64,000 nucleotides of DNA, taken from the NCBI GenBank assembly GCA_963422365.1, contig OY729426.1, positions 352,001-416,000 on the forward strand, read 5' to 3'. Of the stretch, positions 60,856-64,000 are shown piece after piece. Below the pieces are notes generated by a model. The model was not told where the DNA came from, searched no databases, and saw nothing but the letters and a program-made list of their open reading frames with translations. A program made the position numbers and the translations under genes. Position 1 is the first letter of the stretch. Each line of letters opens with the position of its first letter. Source of the stretch: Nitrospirales bacterium. Lineage in GTDB: Bacteria > Nitrospirota > Nitrospiria > Nitrospirales > UBA8639.

Positions 60856-62423
60856 CCAGGTCTATCCGATCGATTCGTTTTCTGAGCATGCTGGGGCTGG
60901 TCTTCTCCATGCTGATTCCCTTGACCACACCGGCCTTTTCCCGGGAAGGCCGCATTGTCGTTGGCTCAAAAAATTTCATGGAGAACAAACTTCTGGCCGA
61001 AATATTCGCTCAACTCATTGAAGCCCGCACGAATTTAGCCGTAGAACGGCGATTGGGGTTGGCAGGTACGCAGGTCTGTTTTGAAGCCCTTCACACTGGA
61101 GCCATAGACCTCTACCCCGAATACACGGGCACCGGGCTCGTCAGCATTCTTCAGCATACGCCGACTGGAGATTCCCGAACGGCACTCAATACCGTTCGTT
61201 CAGAATTCTTAAAACGTTGGGATTTGTGGTGGCTGAATCCATTGGGGTTTGACAATTCCTATGCGCTCGCGGTTCCTCGCGCTCGAACGGCCGACGTTCC
61301 TCTGCAAACCATTTCAGATCTTGCCAGGATTTCGCCTTCCCTGACGGCAGGGTTCGGGTATGAATTTATCAACCGGCCTGATGGATTACCCGGTCTTGAA
61401 ACCCGGTATGGTCTCACCTTTCAACGTGTGCAGGCCATGCAACAATCTCTCAAATACCAGGCTGCCGCTGCCGGCGAGATTGACGTGCTTGACGTGTATA
61501 CCACCGATGGACGTCTTGCCGTGCACGACTTCGTGGTGCTCGAAGATGATCGACAATTTTTCCCGCCCTATGAAGCTTCCGGACTCATTCGAGGCGCCAC
61601 GCTTGAGCAGCACCCTGAATTGGGATCGATCCTGGGGTTGCTGGCCAACGCATTTGATGCCAAGACGATGCGGCAATTGAATTATCGTTTACAAGAAGAC
61701 GGAGAGCCGCTAGAGGTGGTGGCACGCGATGCCTTGTCGGCCCTCCACCTTTTTGTCACCGATGATGCCGGCCCCGGACCAATTCCTCATCAAGAAGGGC
61801 TCTTCGCCTATGTGTGGGCGAAGCGAACCACGCTGATGAATCGAACCCTCGAACATCTGACCCTGGCTGGTCTGGCTTTAGGGTTGGGGATCCTTGTGGC
61901 CGTCCCATTGGGATTGCTGCTCGAACGTCACCATGCGGTTGCCGAACCCATCATCCGAGGCATTGGACTCACGCAAACGGTCCCTTCTATCGCGTTACTC
62001 GCCTTTATGATCCCAGTGTTCGGGATCGGCAGGCTGCCGGCCGTGATCGCCTTATGGATGTATTCCCTGTTTCCGATTGTCAGAAATACCTATTCAGGCC
62101 TCCGCGATGCCGCACCTCAGGCCGTGGAAGCGGCTCGTGCGCTCGGCATGACGGAACGGCAAAGACTCTATTGGGTGCGACTGCCATTAGCTGCACCCGT
62201 CATCATGGCAGGCGTCCGAACGGCCGGCGTCATCACCGTCGGCACGACCACGCTTGCCGCGTTTATCGGAGCGGGGGGCTTAGGCGTGCCGATTGTCGCG
62301 GGGTTACAAATGGCCAACACCACCGTGATCCTTTCCGGGGCATTGCCTGCAGCGGCCCTGGCGTTAGTGATCGACGGGTTTCTCGGCAAGGTGGAAGCAT
62401 GGGTCAGACCGCGTGGTGTATAA
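60852..62423 (+). CDS. Fused substrate-binding + permease subunit of a quaternary-amine (betaine/ergothioneine) ABC transporter
   Basis: Binding domain: VGSKNF.E, YPEYTGT, GFDNSY, YTTDG, FFPPY. Permease: QTVPSIALL, EAARALGM, IGAGGLG. Confidence 0.88.
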   Translation: MTRSIRSIRFLSMLGLVFSMLIPLTTPAFSREGRIVVGSKNFMENKLLAEIFAQLIEARTNLAVERRLGLAGTQVCFEALHTGAIDLYPEYTGTGLVSILQHTPTGDSRTALNTVRSEFLKRWDLWWLNPLGFDNSYALAVPRARTADVPLQTISDLARISPSLTAGFGYEFINRPDGLPGLETRYGLTFQRVQAMQQSLKYQAAAAGEIDVLDVYTTDGRLAVHDFVVLEDDRQFFPPYEASGLIRGATLEQHPELGSILGLLANAFDAKTMRQLNYRLQEDGEPLEVVARDALSALHLFVTDDAGPGPIPHQEGLFAYVWAKRTTLMNRTLEHLTLAGLALGLGILVAVPLGLLLERHHAVAEPIIRGIGLTQTVPSIALLAFMIPVFGIGRLPAVIALWMYSLFPIVRNTYSGLRDAAPQAVEAARALGMTERQRLYWVRLPLAAPVIMAGVRTAGVITVGTTTLAAFIGAGGLGVPIVAGLQMANTTVILSGALPAAALALVIDGFLGKVEAWVRPRGV

Positions 62424-62533
62424 CTCTGAGTCTTGCACAAATGGAGGCAACCCGTTAGAGTGCGGACTCTACGAATTCGCTCCTCCCAATTCCATCACCC
62501 ATCACATTATCATAGCCGCACAGATTCGATTGC

Positions 62534-63517
62534 ATGCTTGATCAATTCAATATTATTATCGACGTGCACCTGAGCAACCAAGATCCCCGTGCCGTCAAGG
62601 AAGAGATTCGCGTGGGACTGCTTTCGAATCCACCGACGATTCCTGCCAAATATTTTTATGATGAACGAGGATCTGAGCTTTTTGAACAAATCTGCGAATT
62701 GCCGGAATACTACCAGGCACGCACGGAACACGCATTGCTGAAAACCATGGCCGATGACGTTGTGACCCAAACAGGTGCTGAAGAATTAGTGGAATTAGGC
62801 TCTGGAGCCGCGACCAAAACTCGAGTCGTGTTGGACGCCATGGCTCGGGCGAAACAACTCCGCTTCTATGTCCCGTTCGACGTCAGCGAAGGCATTGTGC
62901 GACGAGTGGCCCAAGAGCTTGTTGAGGAATACAAAGAATTACAGGTTCATGGCGTCGTAGGAGATTTCCTGGCCCATTTAGAACACATTCCGCAGGGCGG
63001 CAGACGCCTGGTCATGCTTTTGGGCGGGACCATCGGCAACTTGGGACCTGAAGCCGCTCAGACATTTCTGTCGTCGGTCTTTTATGAAATGGATCAAGGA
63101 GATTTTTTTCTTCTGGGGGTGCAACTCATCACTGACGTGAACCGCTTGGAAGCGGCGTATAATGATTCCGCCGGGCTCACCGCCGCCTTCAACAAGAATA
63201 TATTGCACGCGTTACAGTCGGTGATTAGAGCCGAATTCGACCCTGACGCCTTTGACCACGTAGCCCGATTTAATCAATCCGAGCACCGGATTGAAATGCG
63301 CCTTCGATCGGTACGAGAGCAAGTGATTCCTATTCCCGAATTGGAATTAACCCTTTGCCTCAAAGAAGGGGAAGGAATCCTCACGGAAATCAGTACGAAA
63401 TATATGCGTCCCCACGTGGAAGCACTGTTAGTCCGTGCAGGATTCAGCCCCGTTGCCTGGTATACCGACCCTGACCACCTTCACGGTCTCGCCTTAGCCC
63501 AAAAGCCTTCCGGCTGA
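62534..63517 (+). CDS. egtD: L-histidine N-alpha trimethyltransferase
   Basis: KYFYDERGSELF, LPEYY, ELGSG, GGTIGN, AYND, RIEM and TEISTK motifs. Confidence 0.92.
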   Translation: MLDQFNIIIDVHLSNQDPRAVKEEIRVGLLSNPPTIPAKYFYDERGSELFEQICELPEYYQARTEHALLKTMADDVVTQTGAEELVELGSGAATKTRVVLDAMARAKQLRFYVPFDVSEGIVRRVAQELVEEYKELQVHGVVGDFLAHLEHIPQGGRRLVMLLGGTIGNLGPEAAQTFLSSVFYEMDQGDFFLLGVQLITDVNRLEAAYNDSAGLTAAFNKNILHALQSVIRAEFDPDAFDHVARFNQSEHRIEMRLRSVREQVIPIPELELTLCLKEGEGILTEISTKYMRPHVEALLVRAGFSPVAWYTDPDHLHGLALAQKPSG

Positions 63518-63624
63518 GGTATTCCTGTGAATGTGTCCCTGTTCTCCTTTCCCCTTTTTGTCTTCTGCTTTGCTAGAGTCCCTGAAAGATCTTTTCCACC
63601 TCAATCCTTCATTATGGGCCGAGC

Positions 63625-64000
63625 ATGATCTATCTCAACTACGCCGCCCTGTGCCCAACCAATCCGGACACCGACAGGGAAGTTCACCGTACACTTGCAG
63701 AATTCAAACGGTATTTGTATTCCGATGCCGGCATTGAGTGGTACCTTGACAAGGTTCATGATTGTCGGCAAAAAGTCGGCACCCTGTTACATGTGGATGA
63801 TCCTTCGACCATCGCGTTTACCACGAATGCCTCCACCGCACACTACCTCACGCTTTCTTCTTTGAAATGGGAACGGGGCGATACCATTCTCACCACCACG
63901 CACGAAAACCCTTCCATTACGAGACAGCTTTGTGCGCTTGAACGCAATGGAGTCCACATTCATGCCGTCGGACCGGCCTCCCCAGAAACGTTTCTGAATG
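63625..64000 (+). CDS. Class V PLP aminotransferase / C-S lyase (EgtE-like), runs off the window
   Basis: MIYLNYAALCP..., IAFTTNAS, GDTILTTTHENPS; open to the window end. Confidence 0.75.
   Translation, partial: MIYLNYAALCPTNPDTDREVHRTLAEFKRYLYSDAGIEWYLDKVHDCRQKVGTLLHVDDPSTIAFTTNASTAHYLTLSSLKWERGDTILTTTHENPSITRQLCALERNGVHIHAVGPASPETFLN

Noticed and set aside
58482..64000. Selenoneine (sen) cluster
   Set aside because: No SenB glycosyltransferase or SelD/SenC homologue is visible in the window, although the cluster is cut by the window end.

Overview
This is a bacterial chromosomal window. Gene content and protein style suggest Nitrospirota/Nitrospirales (inference only). Housekeeping genes are intact: der, metF, glnS, gltX, tRNA-Gln(CTG), tRNA-Ala(GGC), ABC-F, rarA, folE, queD, purE and mdh. 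Between them lie accessory patches, many of them decaying: GT-C glycosyltransferase pseudogenes, a frameshifted type II MTase beside an open REase, a phage replication relic, darT, higBA, DUF4258 toxins and a type III RM system. The most novel-looking locus is a three-gene operon at 2068-6032. It encodes a tandem-USP protein with three PCP_red (BchB C-terminal-like) domains and a rubredoxin-like knuckle, an AhbD/NirJ-like radical SAM/SPASM enzyme ending in the same PCP_red domain, and a CopD-like membrane protein. Other notable items: (1) an ergothioneine-type cluster using an OvoA-like sulfoxide synthase plus an ABC transporter; (2) an intact MORC/GHKL-nuclease + C5 MTase + Vsr module in an otherwise ruined defence island; (3) a DUF1640 VNTR gene flanked by a duplicated glnS 3' end; (4) a macro-HTH-MBL fusion; (5) an S-A-A' fused ECF transporter; (6) an orphan NuoF-ferredoxin-queD-folE run; (7) a family of GTAG REP doublets. 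All family calls come from motifs recognised by eye; no searches were run.
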